Shown here one piece after another: positions 1-11,270 of a stretch of 34,338 nt of DNA; position 1 is the stretch's first letter; every line of letters starts with the position of its first letter. The notes under the pieces are model-generated. The model worked only from the letters and a program-made list of their open reading frames with translations, did no database searches and was not told where the DNA came from. Position numbers and translations under genes: made by a program. The stretch comes from Octopus bimaculoides (Eukaryota): assembly GCF_001194135.2 (NCBI RefSeq), contig NC_068983.1:96068630-96102967 (forward strand), read 5' to 3'.

Positions 1-420
1 TTGCGTGTAACAAAGTTTCTAAGTTAGGGAGAGGTTGTTACTCGGTCGTATTAGGCCTCTGATATTTAATAAGAGAACTGGTGTCATATCATTAGAGGAG
101 TGTATGTGGTAACCCCTCAACATTATTACTTGTGGTAATTGTTGATGCGATGCGAGTGGCATTGTATCTATGCAGGCTGTAGACAAGTTAGCTTCTTTCA
201 AAAGTGACTTTTCCTTGCTCGGTACTGAACCTTGTAGCATTTCTGTGCGTTATATTTTAGTACTGGGGACACTTGCTAGTTTTCTATTCAGATAGGTTTA
301 AGGTACACTTTGAGATTCAGGCAATGCTTTGCAAATTTCCAAAGTGTGCCTATCTGCAGGTTAAACTTTTCTTGAATTCTTAACAAAGGTTAGTTTGAAA
401 TAATCAACCCGTTTATTGGG
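1..420 (-). mobile_element. Possible decayed LINE fragment (ORF1 end / AP-endonuclease start)
   Basis: The minus-strand translation contains MTPVLLLNIRGL, which resembles the N-terminal xxNxRGL motif of LINE AP endonucleases. It is preceded by a stop-riddled Cys/His-containing stretch. Support rests on one short motif. Confidence 0.25.
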
Positions 421-436
421 ACGAAGCTTGGAATGA

Positions 437-437
437 G

Positions 438-480
<43 letters not shown>

Positions 481-598
481 GTCCTCGTCATCATCATCAT
501 TATCATCTCCACCACCACCACCACCATCATCATCGTCGTCGTCGTCGTCGTCATCGTTGTCGTCGTCGTCATCGTTGTCGTCGTCGTCGTCGTCGTCG

Positions 599-634
<36 letters not shown>

Positions 635-653
635 GCATCACCATCAGCATCAC

Positions 654-706
<53 letters not shown>
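437..706. repeat. Compound trinucleotide microsatellite (CAT)n/(CGT)n/(CAC)n
   Basis: Read directly from the sequence. It generates the poly-D, poly-M, poly-I and poly-S ORFs. Confidence 0.97.
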
Positions 707-707
<1 letters not shown>

Positions 708-935
708 TTAACATCCGTCTTCCACGCTGGCATGGGTCGGATGGTTTGACAGGAGCTAGCCAGCCAGAAATCTGCCTAGGCTCCAATTGTCTGTTCTGGC
801 ATGGTTTCTACGGCTGGATGCCCTTCCTAATGCTAACCACTTTACAGAGTGTACTGGCTGCCTTTTACGTGGTACCGGCACGGATAATCTAGCGCGACAC
901 CGGCAAGAGTACTTTTTTCTAAGTGGCACTGGCAC
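707..935 (-). mobile_element. SINE-like repeat, 3' part, ending in the (GAT)n tract
   Basis: The minus strand reads TAGGAAGGGCATCCAGCCGTAGAAACCATGCC...AGACGGATGTTAAA followed by (ATG)n. GGAAGGGCATCC (complement at 816-827) is a motif I recall from widespread metazoan SINE central domains. Family name not assigned. Confidence 0.65.
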
Positions 936-1142
936 CATAAGATAAAGTTCGATTGCAATTATTAGCAATAAGAGCGACTACGATGAGAGTCCTTTCTTAA
1001 AATGCGGTATATTTCTATATACATTGGTATAGATATGATATACATGTGTTCTATATGTGATCAGCAGGTGGTATTTAAATAAATCCTTTCAGTGAACCGT
1101 AAACCAAATACAACCAAATGCGGCTAACCAAATATTAATATT

Positions 1143-1270
1143 TTTTACTTGTTTCAGTCATTAGACTACGGCCATGCTGGGGCACCGCTTTGAAGAAGTT
1201 TTAGTTGTGGATGAATCGATCCCAGTATTTAATTTTTTTAAGGCTTGTTACTTATGCTACCGTCCTCTTA
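1143..1270 (-). mobile_element. SINE 3' tail fragment
   Basis: Reverse complement of GCGGTGCCCCAGCATGGCCG...TGACTGAAACAAGTAAAA. The same tail recurs near 5100, 12046, 21436, 28005 and 31500. Confidence 0.8.
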
Positions 1271-1994
1271 CTGCTGTCTATTGCTGTTTTTAGATGACCA
1301 TTGTTGAGGAAACCACTGAAGCGCTTATTCAAACTGCATAAAATTATAAACATGAAAATAAAGATTATCATAAACTATTAATATTCTGTGAGAGAAATTC
1401 CAACAGAATTGCAGCATTTATCGCAATAAACAAGACGAGGAGGTTTATCAGAAAATATTTTAATCTTGGCACTTATTATCTCTAGGAAATTACCACCATA
1501 CACAAATACATCTTATTTTATACAAATCCCATGTCCAAGTGACGTAGAACGTGCTTTAAACGGCTTAAATATTGCTTAATGAGATCCACAAAATAAAGTA
1601 TGCGCTGATAACCGGGACCTTATTTTCGACCCATAATTTTATCCCATCAATGTCTATAAATGTCAAATTACTGGCAATTTCTAGAAGGATCCATCTTGAT
1701 GGTGTACAGAGAAATTGGGAAATGGAGTGTAATTAGATGCAGTGCAATATAAGATATCTATTAGCTGCTGCCACCACAAGAGCTGCACCCGAGAGCTGCA
1801 AATGATGGGACTAACTGTGATAGATGGTTTGATGTGACACTAATACAAAATTATCTAGATGCTATCTGCTCCCAAATCAATCATCATAAACTAGCACATA
1901 GGCTCACTGTTGTGGTTGTAGTTGTGGTTCCCGTCGTCGGTACTGATGTTCCAGTTGTTAGTTTTTCTTGTTACCGCTACCATCGTTGTCTTTA

Positions 1995-2009
1995 ATATTG
2001 TCGTCGTCG

Positions 2010-2044
<35 letters not shown>

Positions 2045-2045
2045 C
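1995..2045. repeat. (GTC)n(GTT)n microsatellite
   Basis: Direct reading. Confidence 0.95.
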
Positions 2046-2135
2046 TTGCTGTTACAGCAATTCTTTTCATCTTGATGATTTTGAGAAGTAAACACCTCTC
2101 TCAGCTTAAGGCTGCTGCAGCTGCTACTGTAAATT

Positions 2136-3133
2136 TTTCTTCTTCTTCTTCTTCTTCTTCTTCTTCCTCTCCNNNNNNNNNNNNNNNNNNNNNNNNNNNN
2201 NNNNNNNNNNNNNNNNNNNNNNNNNNNNNNNNNNNNNNNNNNNNNNNNNNNNNNNNNNNNNNNNNNNNNNNNNNNNNNNNNNNNNNNNNNNNNNNNNNNN
2301 NNNNNNNNNNNNNNNNNNNNNNNNNNNNNNNNNNNNNNNNNNNNNNNNNNNNNNNNNNNNNNNNNNNNNNNNNNNNNNNNNNNNNNNNNNNNNNNNNNNN
2401 NNNNNNNNNNNNNNNNNNNNNNNNNNNNNNNNNNNNNNNNNNNNNNNNNNNNNNNNNNNNNNNNNNNNNNNNNNNNNNNNNNNNNNNNNNNNNNNNNNNN
2501 NNNNNNNNNNNNNNNNNNNNNNNNNNNNNNNNNNNNNNNNNNNNNNNNNNNNNNNNNNNNNNNNNNNNNNNNNNNNNNNNNNNNNNNNNNNNNNNNNNNN
2601 NNNNNNNNNNNNNNNNNNNNNNNNNNNNNNNNNNNNNNNNNNNNNNNNNNNNNNNNNNNNNNNNNNNNNNNNNNNNNNNNNNNNNNNNNNNNNNNNNNNN
2701 NNNNNNNNNNNNNNNNNNNNNNNNNNNNNNNNNNNNNNNNNNNNNNNNNNNNNNNNNNNNNNNNNNNNNNNNNNNNNNNNNNNNNNNNNNNNNNNNNNNN
2801 NNNNNNNNNNNNNNNNNNNNNNNNNNNNNNNNNNNNNNNNNNNNNNNNNNNNNNNNNNNNNNNNNNNNNNNNNNNNNNNNNNNNNNNNNNNNNNNNNNNN
2901 NNNNNNNNNNNNNNNNNNNNNNNNNNNNNNNNNNNNNNNNNNNNNNNNNNNNNNNNNNNNNNNNNNNNNNNNNNNNNNNNNNNNNNNNNNNNNNNNNNNN
3001 NNNNNNNNNNNNNNNNNNNNNNNNNNNNNNNNNNNNNNNNNNNNNNNNNNNTTCTTCTTCTTCTTCTTCTTCTTCTTCTTCTTCTTCTTCTTCTTCTTCT
3101 TCTTCTTCTTCTTCTTCTTCTTCTTCTTCTTCT
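2136..3133. repeat. (TTC)n microsatellite spanning an assembly gap (N 2173-3051)
   Basis: TTC units flank both sides of the gap. Confidence 0.9.
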
Positions 3134-4097
3134 AGTAATATTAGCAATATCTTTATTGCTAAAAAGATATTAGCAAGATCTTTATTATTCCATGTTTTAT
3201 TCCGAAATCCTTTTTTCTGTTTATTTTTTATTTTTTATTTTTTTCAAAACGGGATATTTCTGCCTCGGTCAAATAACGCTGAACAGTGCGTTGGTTGACT
3301 GTCATTTTCCAGGAATATTTAGTCTATACTAGTACTCTTCAGAGTTTCTTTCAATTGGAAAAAAACCACAACGTAGGAAAGACTGAACAATCCACCTCAC
3401 AACCAGTACCTACAATCAAATGCGATCCTTGCAATAAGTTGTTTAGAGTAAGACTTGAGCTTATTATCTCCTACAGCACATATGACCCTCTCCTCCCTCC
3501 GGCCGAAATGTACTAAATACTCGGAAACGAGTCCTTGTCAAAAAGAAGAAAGACGGTGACGATTATTTAATGATTTCAGAAACCCAGGTTTAAAACGTTT
3601 ATAGATCAGGATAATATCTAAGGTTGTTCAGAGCTTAGCTGACTAAATATTTCAATGGAAACCCTTGCAAAAAGTTTTCGAGATCAACAAAAATGTTCAA
3701 GATAAATAGTAATGTCCAAATACTGCACAAAAATGCTCTAATAAAATTTACAGATCTGCATCGTACCCATGGGTATACATACAGGCAATCAGGCAAAACC
3801 CTAACAGACATAATCTTTTATCATTTTCGTTGTGCTAATTATAGTGTGTTCTTAAAATACTGTCCGATTTTTCGAAAACATTTTGTTTCAAATTCAATTT
3901 AAGATGTTAATTTCGTAGTGTTTTTGACGAAATTTTACATGCTTAATAATTGATGTTTACGCTTTAATAAATTTTTAAATGAGCTAAGTACGACTGTCAC
4001 CGAGAAATTTTAACAAGCTTTAATAACTAGCTTCTTTAGTTTTTCTGGCTCGGTGTTACATCCAGATTTATAGTCATGTAATTTGGCGTGACACTAT

Positions 4098-4400
4098 GTG
4101 TACTCCATCCCATGCAGCTGTTGTAGGTTATACAAAGGCGAAACAACACGCCCCCTCAAAATAAGGGTAGAGGAACATCGAAAAGCTGTGACACGAGAAG
4201 ATATTGATAAATCGGGTATAGCTGATCATGTATGGAAAAACGGAGACCACTTCCCACTGTAGGAATAAAACCACAACCAGCAGAGAACACCACTGGAAAG
4301 TACGAAAACTAAAAGAGGCAGCACATATGCTAGGACATAATAACCTACGCAGACCGAGTGCAGATATAAGTAACATATAAGAACCGGTATTAAGGAAGGA
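4098..4400 (+). mobile_element. Penelope-like element, GIY-YIG endonuclease C-terminal fragment (pseudogenised)
   Basis: Manual translation from 4098 gives VYSIPCSCCRLYKGETTRPLKIRVEEHRKAVTREDIDKSGIADHVWKNGDHFPL*. After a frameshift it continues EHHWKVRKLKEAAHMLGHNNLRRPSADISNI*EPVL. This is the PLE VYxIPC..Y.GET.R.L..R..EH / KLKEA pattern. Confidence 0.9.
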
Positions 4401-4443
4401 TAGGGAAATATTAGATTTAAAAGCCCTAAAATTCACTCCATAA

Positions 4444-4513
4444 TTGCCCAGTGGTAGTAGTTAAGAGCATGGGCTACTAATCCCAAGATTCCGAGTTCGA
4501 TTCCAGGGAGTGA

Positions 4514-4517
<4 letters not shown>
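4444..4517 (+). promoter_or_regulatory. tRNA-derived Pol III-type module (A box and B box), not a functional tRNA
   Basis: A-box-like TTGCCCAGTGG at 4444-4454 and B box GAGTTCGATTCC at 4493-4504. The middle ATGGGCTACTAATCCC resembles the tRNA-Ser(GCU) anticodon arm ATGGACTGCTAATCCA. No complete acceptor stem is present. Confidence 0.7.
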
Positions 4518-4549
<32 letters not shown>

Positions 4550-4554
4550 TGATG

Positions 4555-4615
<61 letters not shown>
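4518..4615. repeat. (AAT)n microsatellite with a short (GAT) interruption
   Basis: Direct reading. Confidence 0.97.
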
Positions 4616-4617
<2 letters not shown>

Positions 4618-4665
4618 TCGGAAAAATACCTTAAGAATGAGAACCCAGGTTCTAAGTTCCCCTAG

Positions 4666-4711
4666 GACACCTGATGAAGCCTGAAGAGTACATCAGCCGA
4701 AACGTTGTGTT
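4666..4711 (+). ncRNA. Minimal type I hammerhead ribozyme motif (PLE-associated)
   Basis: Stem I GACAC 4666-4670 pairs with GTGTT 4707-4711. Core CTGATGA is at 4671-4677. Stem II GCCTGA/TCAGCC has one C-C mismatch. GAAA is at 4699-4702. Stem III is vestigial and lies within the palindrome AACGTT, with a GTT cleavage triplet at 4704-4706. Confidence 0.75.
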
Positions 4712-4819
4712 AACAACAAACAAGATGAGGACAAATATCCGCCAAATGTAAATAATGTAAAGAATCTTTATCCTCCAATACGCTATTGAGCACTCATACT
4801 CATTGTTTGACATTTAAGT

Positions 4820-4821
4820 AG

Positions 4822-4859
<38 letters not shown>

Positions 4860-4870
4860 GTAATTATGTA
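4820..4870. repeat. (TA)n/(TATG)n microsatellite
   Basis: Direct reading. Confidence 0.9.
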
Positions 4871-5097
4871 TGTGTAGTCTGTGAACTTAGGATGCATTTT
4901 ATTGTTCGCCAAGTTCTTTGTTATAGCTCTTGCTTGTAAATCAGTTGCTTCGAATAGAAACAGTGTCCACAGGTTTTGTAAAACTTCCACAGCTACTGGA
5001 ATCTTAATTCTGTTAATGTCAATAAAGGAGGAGGTTTTTCCATGGTGATTAGAACTTAATACCAATGAGTTTGCAGTTCAATATCTTATTCAGCCAG

Positions 5098-5150
5098 TTG
5101 CGATGCTCCAGCATGGCAGCAGTTAAATGGCTGAAACAAGTAAAAGAATA
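5098..5150 (+). mobile_element. SINE 3' tail fragment
   Basis: GATGCTCCAGCATGGCAGCAGTTAAATGGCTGAAACAAGTAAAAGAATA matches the tail of the copy at 31164-31568. Confidence 0.75.
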
Positions 5151-5315
5151 TAACTTAAGAGATGTTTAATTAAAATCAATTGAGATTATGTATGAACACA
5201 AGAATAAAACGTCTGACGATGACCTTTGGTCAATCCCGTGTAGAAGTTGTTTAATTGTTTGAATGAATATACAGAAGTCGAGGGAGGCGAGGGCAATAGC
5301 TAAGAAAATTGTAAT

Positions 5316-5317
<2 letters not shown>

Positions 5318-5349
<32 letters not shown>

Positions 5350-5440
5350 TGTATGTATGTATGTATGTATGTATGTATGCATGTATGTATGTATGTGTAT
5401 ATGTATGTATGTATGTATGTACGTATTTACGTATGTACGT
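5318..5440. repeat. (TATG)n microsatellite
   Basis: Direct reading. Confidence 0.95.
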
Positions 5441-5442
5441 TG

Positions 5443-5535
5443 TGGAGGCGCAATGGCCCAGTGGTTAGGGCAGCGGACTCGCGGTCATAGGATCGCGGTT
5501 TCGATTCCCAGACCGGGCGTTGTGAGTGTTTATTG
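5443..5535 (+). mobile_element. tRNA-derived SINE head (third family), truncated by an assembly gap
   Basis: GGAGGCGCAATGGCCCAGTGGTTAGGGCAGCGGACTCG...GGTTTCGATTCCC contains A box TGGCCCAGTGG and B-box-like GTTTCGATTCC. Confidence 0.8.
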
Positions 5536-6109
5536 NNNNNNNNNNNNNNNNNNNNNNNNNNNNNNNNNNNNNNNNNNNNNNNNNNNNNNNNNNNNNNNNN
5601 NNNNNNNNNNNNNNNNNNNNNNNNNNNNNNNNNNNNNNNNNNNNNNNNNNNNNNNNNNNNNNNNNNNNNNNNNNNNNNNNNNNNNNNNNNNNNNNNNNNN
5701 NNNNNNNNNNNNNNNNNNNNNNNNNNNNNNNNNNNNNNNNNNNNNNNNNNNNNNNNNNNNNNNNNNNNNNNNNNNNNNNNNNNNNNNNNNNNNNNNNNNN
5801 NNNNNNNNNNNNNNNNNNNNNNNNNNNNNNNNNNNNNNNNNNNNNNNNNNNNNNNNNNNNNNNNNNNNNNNNNNNNNNNNNNNNNNNNNNNNNNNNNNNN
5901 NNNNNNNNNNNNNNNNNNNNNNNNNNNNNNNNNNNNNNNNNNNNNNNNNNNNNNNNNNNNNNNNNTATACATAGACATGACAGAAGTAAATCTTCACCTC
6001 ATAAAACATCGTTTTATGTTTATTCTAACTTGTAAAGGTTTATATTTTTTATTAATTGACATTTTTATGCTTCATGCTCTATATGCGACTATTTAATCAT
6101 GCCATGTAT

Positions 6110-7115
6110 AAAAGAAACCTTATAACTGATTGAATTTCAAAGAGGCCATATTGCAAGTCATTCTGAAGCTGGATATGGTCAGCGTAAAATAGTAGAAAAC
6201 CTTGGGTTTCCGCTTCCCACAGTTAATAGAGTGATTGTACAATTCACCAGAGAGGAGAAGGTGTCTACATCACCTCACCCAGATTAACCAGGGCCCTCCG
6301 ACAACATCCTTCTCTTTGCTGAGAGAAGTGTGGAGGATAGCCCTCGTTGCAAGGCCTCTGACATAGCAGAACAAGTTGATGTCAGCTCCAGAACAACTAT
6401 CGAGTATATCCACAAACTTGGTTGCTATGGCAGAGCAGCAAGAAGGAAGCCACTTCTTCGACCAGCCAACATCAAGCAGAGAAAAGATTGGGCCAGTGAG
6501 ATGGTAGAGAGGCCACTAGCATTCTGGAACACTGTCATATTCTCTGATGACTCCAGATTTACTGTATTTCCGACAGTGGTCGAGTGTGGGTCTGGAGACT
6601 CTGTGATCAAGAATTTAACGTGAAAAGATTGTAGCTAACAATGAAACACGGCAGCTATTATTCTGTGATGGTCTAGGGAACAATTTGGAGCAATGATCGA
6701 GCAGAGCTGGTGGAGTGCGAGGAAAACATAAACTCAGATAAATATGTGTCCATATTGCAGAAAGGACTCTTTTCAATCTTCTCCAGTTATGTGACGATTA
6801 AAGGAGACTCTTTATTTTGGGAATATGGGGCTCATTGTCACACGGATAAAATGACCGAAAATTTGTTGGATGAGAATTAAAAAGCTTCGGTGGCCAAGCC
6901 AGTCTCCAGATATGAACCCTATTGAACACATCTGGGACATAATGGACCGGACACTTCATAAAAAGAACAAGAAAGTATCTTCAAAAGCCAGATCCTTTGA
7001 GATTATTGCATGAAACTTGGCAAGAAATTCGTCCAGAGAATATTCGTCATCTGATCAGTAACATGCCTAAAATTGAAAATGCATTGAAAAATGAAAAGGG
7101 CATGTCTATTATATA
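6110..7115 (+). mobile_element. Tc1-family DNA transposon relic (DD34E-type transposase pseudogene)
   Basis: The fragments read EFQRGHIA (helix-turn-helix start), GCYGRAARRKPLL, FWNTVIFSDDSRF, WPSQSPDMNPIEHIWD and WQEI. There are multiple stops and frameshifts. A weak candidate terminal inverted repeat (TIR) pair lies near 5968-5995 and 7195-7225. Confidence 0.9.
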
Positions 7116-7214
7116 TTAAATATTCACATTATAACAATTAATAAACAACTTGAAAATATAATTTCAGATTTATATACATCTTAATGATTATAAGGTTGTC
7201 TATTTACTTGTGTT

Positions 7215-7440
7215 GCGTGTGTGTGTGTGTGTGTGTGTATATTTGTATATATATGTATACACACACACACACAGATATTGATTATTAGATGGATAGAGAT
7301 ATGTATATGCGCACCAACGCAATTGCAAACATTCATGAATTCTTTGTATATATGCATGCAGATATACATTCATGCATAAACACATGCACATATACACACA
7401 CATACATACATAATACATACATACATACATACATGCATAA
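7215..7440. repeat. (TG)n/(TA)n/(CA)n/(CATA)n mixed microsatellite field
   Basis: Direct reading. Confidence 0.85.
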
Positions 7441-7745
7441 AATATTTCACCAACCAAATGGAAAGGGCATTCCGTCACAACCTTCGGCAGCAGCCACGAC
7501 CCCACTCTCCTTAGGATTTCTTCATGTGTGACATTGTCTCGACAGTTGACCCTTAGGCTTCCTTTTGAGATACCTATGATGAACTACATTTAGTTTTCCA
7601 TCCGTCCCCAACGCGCTCCTCCAAGTCTTGCAGACACAGATTGCAACGATAGAATAATGTAGACGAAGCTTCACATCAGTGCTGATGTCTGACGCCACCC
7701 GGATGGAACGCATATATTGGAACATTGCTGTCCCTTTTACAATCC
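7435..7745 (-). mobile_element. RTE-type LINE fragment, RT C-terminal region (heavily decayed)
   Basis: FQYMRSI...ISTDVKLRLHYSIV..CKTW...KLNVVHHRYLK, then in another frame RDNVTHEEILRRVG. This follows the RTE K.RLY...ETW...H.R.LR...W.D..TNEEVL pattern. Confidence 0.75.
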
Positions 7746-8099
7746 CGCAGGTTCATGGCCGACCCGCTCCATAAAAAACTGCCCAGATAGTTGTACACCT
7801 GAGAATATTATGGCATCTGGTTATGTGACAAACTGCTTCAGCATCAGTCTCGTGAAGTCAGACTTCACCTAAACCAAAAAGGATACGGCTCATTAGAAGT
7901 TATAATTACAGGCTATTACAGTATCTGAAAAAGGTATGTAAAACACTCCGGCTGTTTAGCCTATAATGAGTATGAAAACACATATATAAGACAAAAGAAC
8001 GTATAGGTATGATAACAAGCATATATCAAAACATGGATATCCACCCACGCAATAATATCTCAGCTTGCACACATATTTACGTGCGTAGATACATACATT

Positions 8100-8359
8100 A
8101 CGTTAGTTGTATACCTGCATACATGTATACATACATGTATAACATGTGTCTGTGAGTGTGTGTCTGTGCGTGTGTGTATGTGTGTGTGCGTGCATCCGCG
8201 CATTTGAAGTGTTTTTATGAAGTTAAAGCATAATATATAGAGACAGATAAATAGATAGATATAGATAAATAGATAGATACAGATATATACATAAATACAC
8301 ACATACATATATGTATGTATGTCAGTATGTATAAGGTGTATATATGTATTTAATTTATT

Positions 8360-8407
<48 letters not shown>
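8100..8407. repeat. Mixed (TG)n/(GATA)n/(TA)n microsatellites ending at gap N 8408-9031
   Basis: Direct reading. Confidence 0.9.
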
Positions 8408-9407
8408 NNNNNNNNNNNNNNNNNNNNNNNNNNNNNNNNNNNNNNNNNNNNNNNNNNNNNNNNNNNNNNNNNNNNNNNNNNNNNNNNNNNNNNNNNNNNN
8501 NNNNNNNNNNNNNNNNNNNNNNNNNNNNNNNNNNNNNNNNNNNNNNNNNNNNNNNNNNNNNNNNNNNNNNNNNNNNNNNNNNNNNNNNNNNNNNNNNNNN
8601 NNNNNNNNNNNNNNNNNNNNNNNNNNNNNNNNNNNNNNNNNNNNNNNNNNNNNNNNNNNNNNNNNNNNNNNNNNNNNNNNNNNNNNNNNNNNNNNNNNNN
8701 NNNNNNNNNNNNNNNNNNNNNNNNNNNNNNNNNNNNNNNNNNNNNNNNNNNNNNNNNNNNNNNNNNNNNNNNNNNNNNNNNNNNNNNNNNNNNNNNNNNN
8801 NNNNNNNNNNNNNNNNNNNNNNNNNNNNNNNNNNNNNNNNNNNNNNNNNNNNNNNNNNNNNNNNNNNNNNNNNNNNNNNNNNNNNNNNNNNNNNNNNNNN
8901 NNNNNNNNNNNNNNNNNNNNNNNNNNNNNNNNNNNNNNNNNNNNNNNNNNNNNNNNNNNNNNNNNNNNNNNNNNNNNNNNNNNNNNNNNNNNNNNNNNNN
9001 NNNNNNNNNNNNNNNNNNNNNNNNNNNNNNNCCACGCACTCGTCCACACACGTACAAACATCTAGACACTTTACAGGAAGAGAAAGGTTACCACTAATTA
9101 ATAAATGTCAATAGTTAGAAGGTGTGAAGTAATAAAGGTGTAAAGTAGAGCAACAATCCTGAAGAGATAACTTAATATACTTCGTCAATCTCGTTTCCAC
9201 CTGTCTGCTGCCATGTCCAATCGCATATAACAACACATCCATCATAAATACACCTAACTTCCTGATAATTTTCGCGCAAGCTGGCTCACTCCTCCCTATT
9301 CTTAACTACTATTTGGTTTTATTGATTGCATATGGAAAGAGAACGTTTCACATTCATAGATATATAGCAGAGGACTTTGGTGTTGTGTCATTAGAGCCCC
9401 ACCACCG

Positions 9408-9662
9408 CCTCTCTCTCTCTCTCTCTGTCTCTTTCTTTCTCTCTCTCTCTCTCTATCTTTCTTTCTCTCCTTTTTTCTCACTATCTTTCTTTCTCTCTCT
9501 ATCTATGTCTTTCTCTCTCTCTCTCTCTTTCGCTCGTTCTCTTCTCTTTCTCTCTCTTCTCTTTCTCTCTCTTCTCTTTCTCTCTCTTCTCTCTCTTCTC
9601 TCTCTTCTCTTTCTCTCTCTTCTCTTTCTCTCTCTTCTCTTTCTCTCTCTCCCCATCTCTCT
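9408..9662. repeat. CT-rich tract with a 15-nt higher-order unit (CTTCTCTTTCTCTCT)
   Basis: The unit repeats several times at about 9540-9650 and produces the LLFLS / ERKRR periodic ORFs. Confidence 0.85.
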
Positions 9663-9869
9663 TTATTGCTCAATAGAATTAATGGTGTAATTGATGGGAA
9701 GTGACCTCAAACGGGAATCGAAACCGTGTCACTCTTCCTGATCTCTTCACCCTTCTAAACCAGTAGCTACTTTTATTGATTTCACATTGTGACAGAACCC
9801 ATTCACGTAACACGAGTTTGAATGGGCTTTACTGCTTCGACATTCTCGCTTTGTTTCTGTCCGACTCCC

Positions 9870-9914
9870 TCCCTGTCTGTTTGTCTGCCTGCCTGTTTGT
9901 CTGTCTGTCTATTC

Positions 9915-9950
<36 letters not shown>

Positions 9951-10065
9951 TTCTTCCTTTCTTTCTCCCTCTTCCTTTCACACTCTGTTTCAGTCTCCCC
10001 TCCTCTTCTTTGACTTTGTCTCTGTCTATCTGTCTGTCTATCTGTCTGTTTCTCTCTCTCTCTGT
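9870..10065. repeat. (TCTG)n/(CT)n pyrimidine-rich tract
   Basis: Direct reading. Confidence 0.85.
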
Positions 10066-10298
10066 GTAATTAATTAACAACGTTAATTGATAGTTCATAA
10101 TGGAAACCGACTTCGACTGGGAATTGAAATACTGAAACGATCTCTGTTCACCACGTCTCTAATACGACGCGAGCAATACTTAATCCATTGTTGTAAACAT
10201 CTTGTGAACTGAGTCTGCCTGCGATCTGGGTTCATTTCTTTGTCACGGAAAAATCATCTTTAGGAAAGATTCATATACTATAGAACAAAGTTGTTAAT

Positions 10299-10299
10299 G

Positions 10300-10375
<76 letters not shown>

Positions 10376-10387
10376 CGTTGTTGTTAT
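10299..10387. repeat. Compound (CTA)n(CTG)n(GTT)n microsatellite
   Basis: Direct reading. Confidence 0.95.
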
Positions 10388-10467
10388 TTAGTCCCACAGA
10401 TGTAGTATTCCAAATTTTGTTATAAAATATATGTTGTACATAGATTATGTAATAGTTGAAATATTCT

Positions 10468-11245
10468 GTATCTATCTAGGACTCCCCCCAAAACTGTTTC
10501 CACACGTTTTTCCCATTCATCTCGATCTTCCATGATGGTCATCAGCTCCTGTACCCCTTCCATACCAGTATCCTCCAGCAAGTTGTCGATATAGGTCGTC
10601 TTCCTCCTTCCTCTCCTGGTTCTTCCTTCCGTTGGCTGCCAGAGCATTAGCTTGTTAGCAATTTCATCGTTATGTCTGGTGCAGTGTCCAGCTAGCCTCA
10701 TCGTTCTATGCTGTATCTTCAATGTTACTTTTGGTAGTCCATGGTATAAGTCGGCGTTTGTTGTATGACTCATCCAGGAGACATTGAGTGTCATTCTAAG
10801 CATCCTCGTATAACAACCGTCCAAAAGCTTCTTCAATGCTTTATTAAGCGTCCATGTTTCAGCCCTGTATAGAAGAACAGACTCCAATGTTACCAGAAAC
10901 CACCTCACTTTCAATTTCTTTGCTAACTTTGAACTCCATACCTTTCTCAATTTATGGCAAGCAAGGACTTTCCTTGTTACGATGCCTTTTTCTGTACTTT
11001 ACGTCCACTCACCATGGTATATGAAATTTTCAACTACATTCAGCGACTTACCGTCTCTCACTTTCACTGACACAGGCATTTCGTGGTTGAATACTTGCAG
11101 TTCTGTTTTCTTTGCGTTACAGCACAATCCTACCTTCCTCGATTCCTCCTGTAATCTGATCAGCACCTCTTGTGCCCGATCTGTCCTCTCCGTTAATAAT
11201 GTCAGGTCATCAGCATAGTCTAGGTCAGTTAGATGTAGCACTAAA
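10468..11245 (-). mobile_element. RTE-clade non-LTR retrotransposon, 5'-truncated RT fragment
   Basis: ORFs 10999-11241 and 10420-10950 are in the same frame, separated by a stop. They read LTDLDYADDLTLL (YADD catalytic motif), GLCCNAKKTE, ESVLLYRAETWTL, LDGCYTRMLR, RLAGHC and GRRKTTYID. Confidence 0.93.
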
Positions 11246-11270
11246 TTTCACTTGTAGATTACCAGCTGTA

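Noticed and set aside
361-892. Poly-Asp, poly-Ser, poly-Met and poly-Ile ORFs that could suggest an acidic biomineralisation protein
   Set aside because: Several frames on both strands are open only because of a trinucleotide microsatellite that forms the tail of a SINE-like repeat. No splice signals or domain context support an exon.
3519-3532. Perfect hairpin ACTCG-GAAA-CGAGT (GNRA loop) in a small GC-richer patch
   Set aside because: It is only 5 bp, and I could not build an HDV-like or other ribozyme fold around it. It is compatible with chance.
4444-4517. Functional tRNA gene
   Set aside because: There is no complete acceptor stem, the anticodon stem is imperfect, and a microsatellite follows instead of a clean T-run terminator. 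The same applies to the head at 5443-5535.
5205-5250. CTGACGA followed by hairpin GACC-TTT-GGTC, resembling half a hammerhead
   Set aside because: The required GAAA is replaced by AATC and no convincing stem I exists. At best it is a dead relic.
9155-9200. CTGAAGAGAT...ATCTCG hammerhead-like pattern
   Set aside because: It is followed by GTTT instead of GAAA, so the catalytic core is incomplete.
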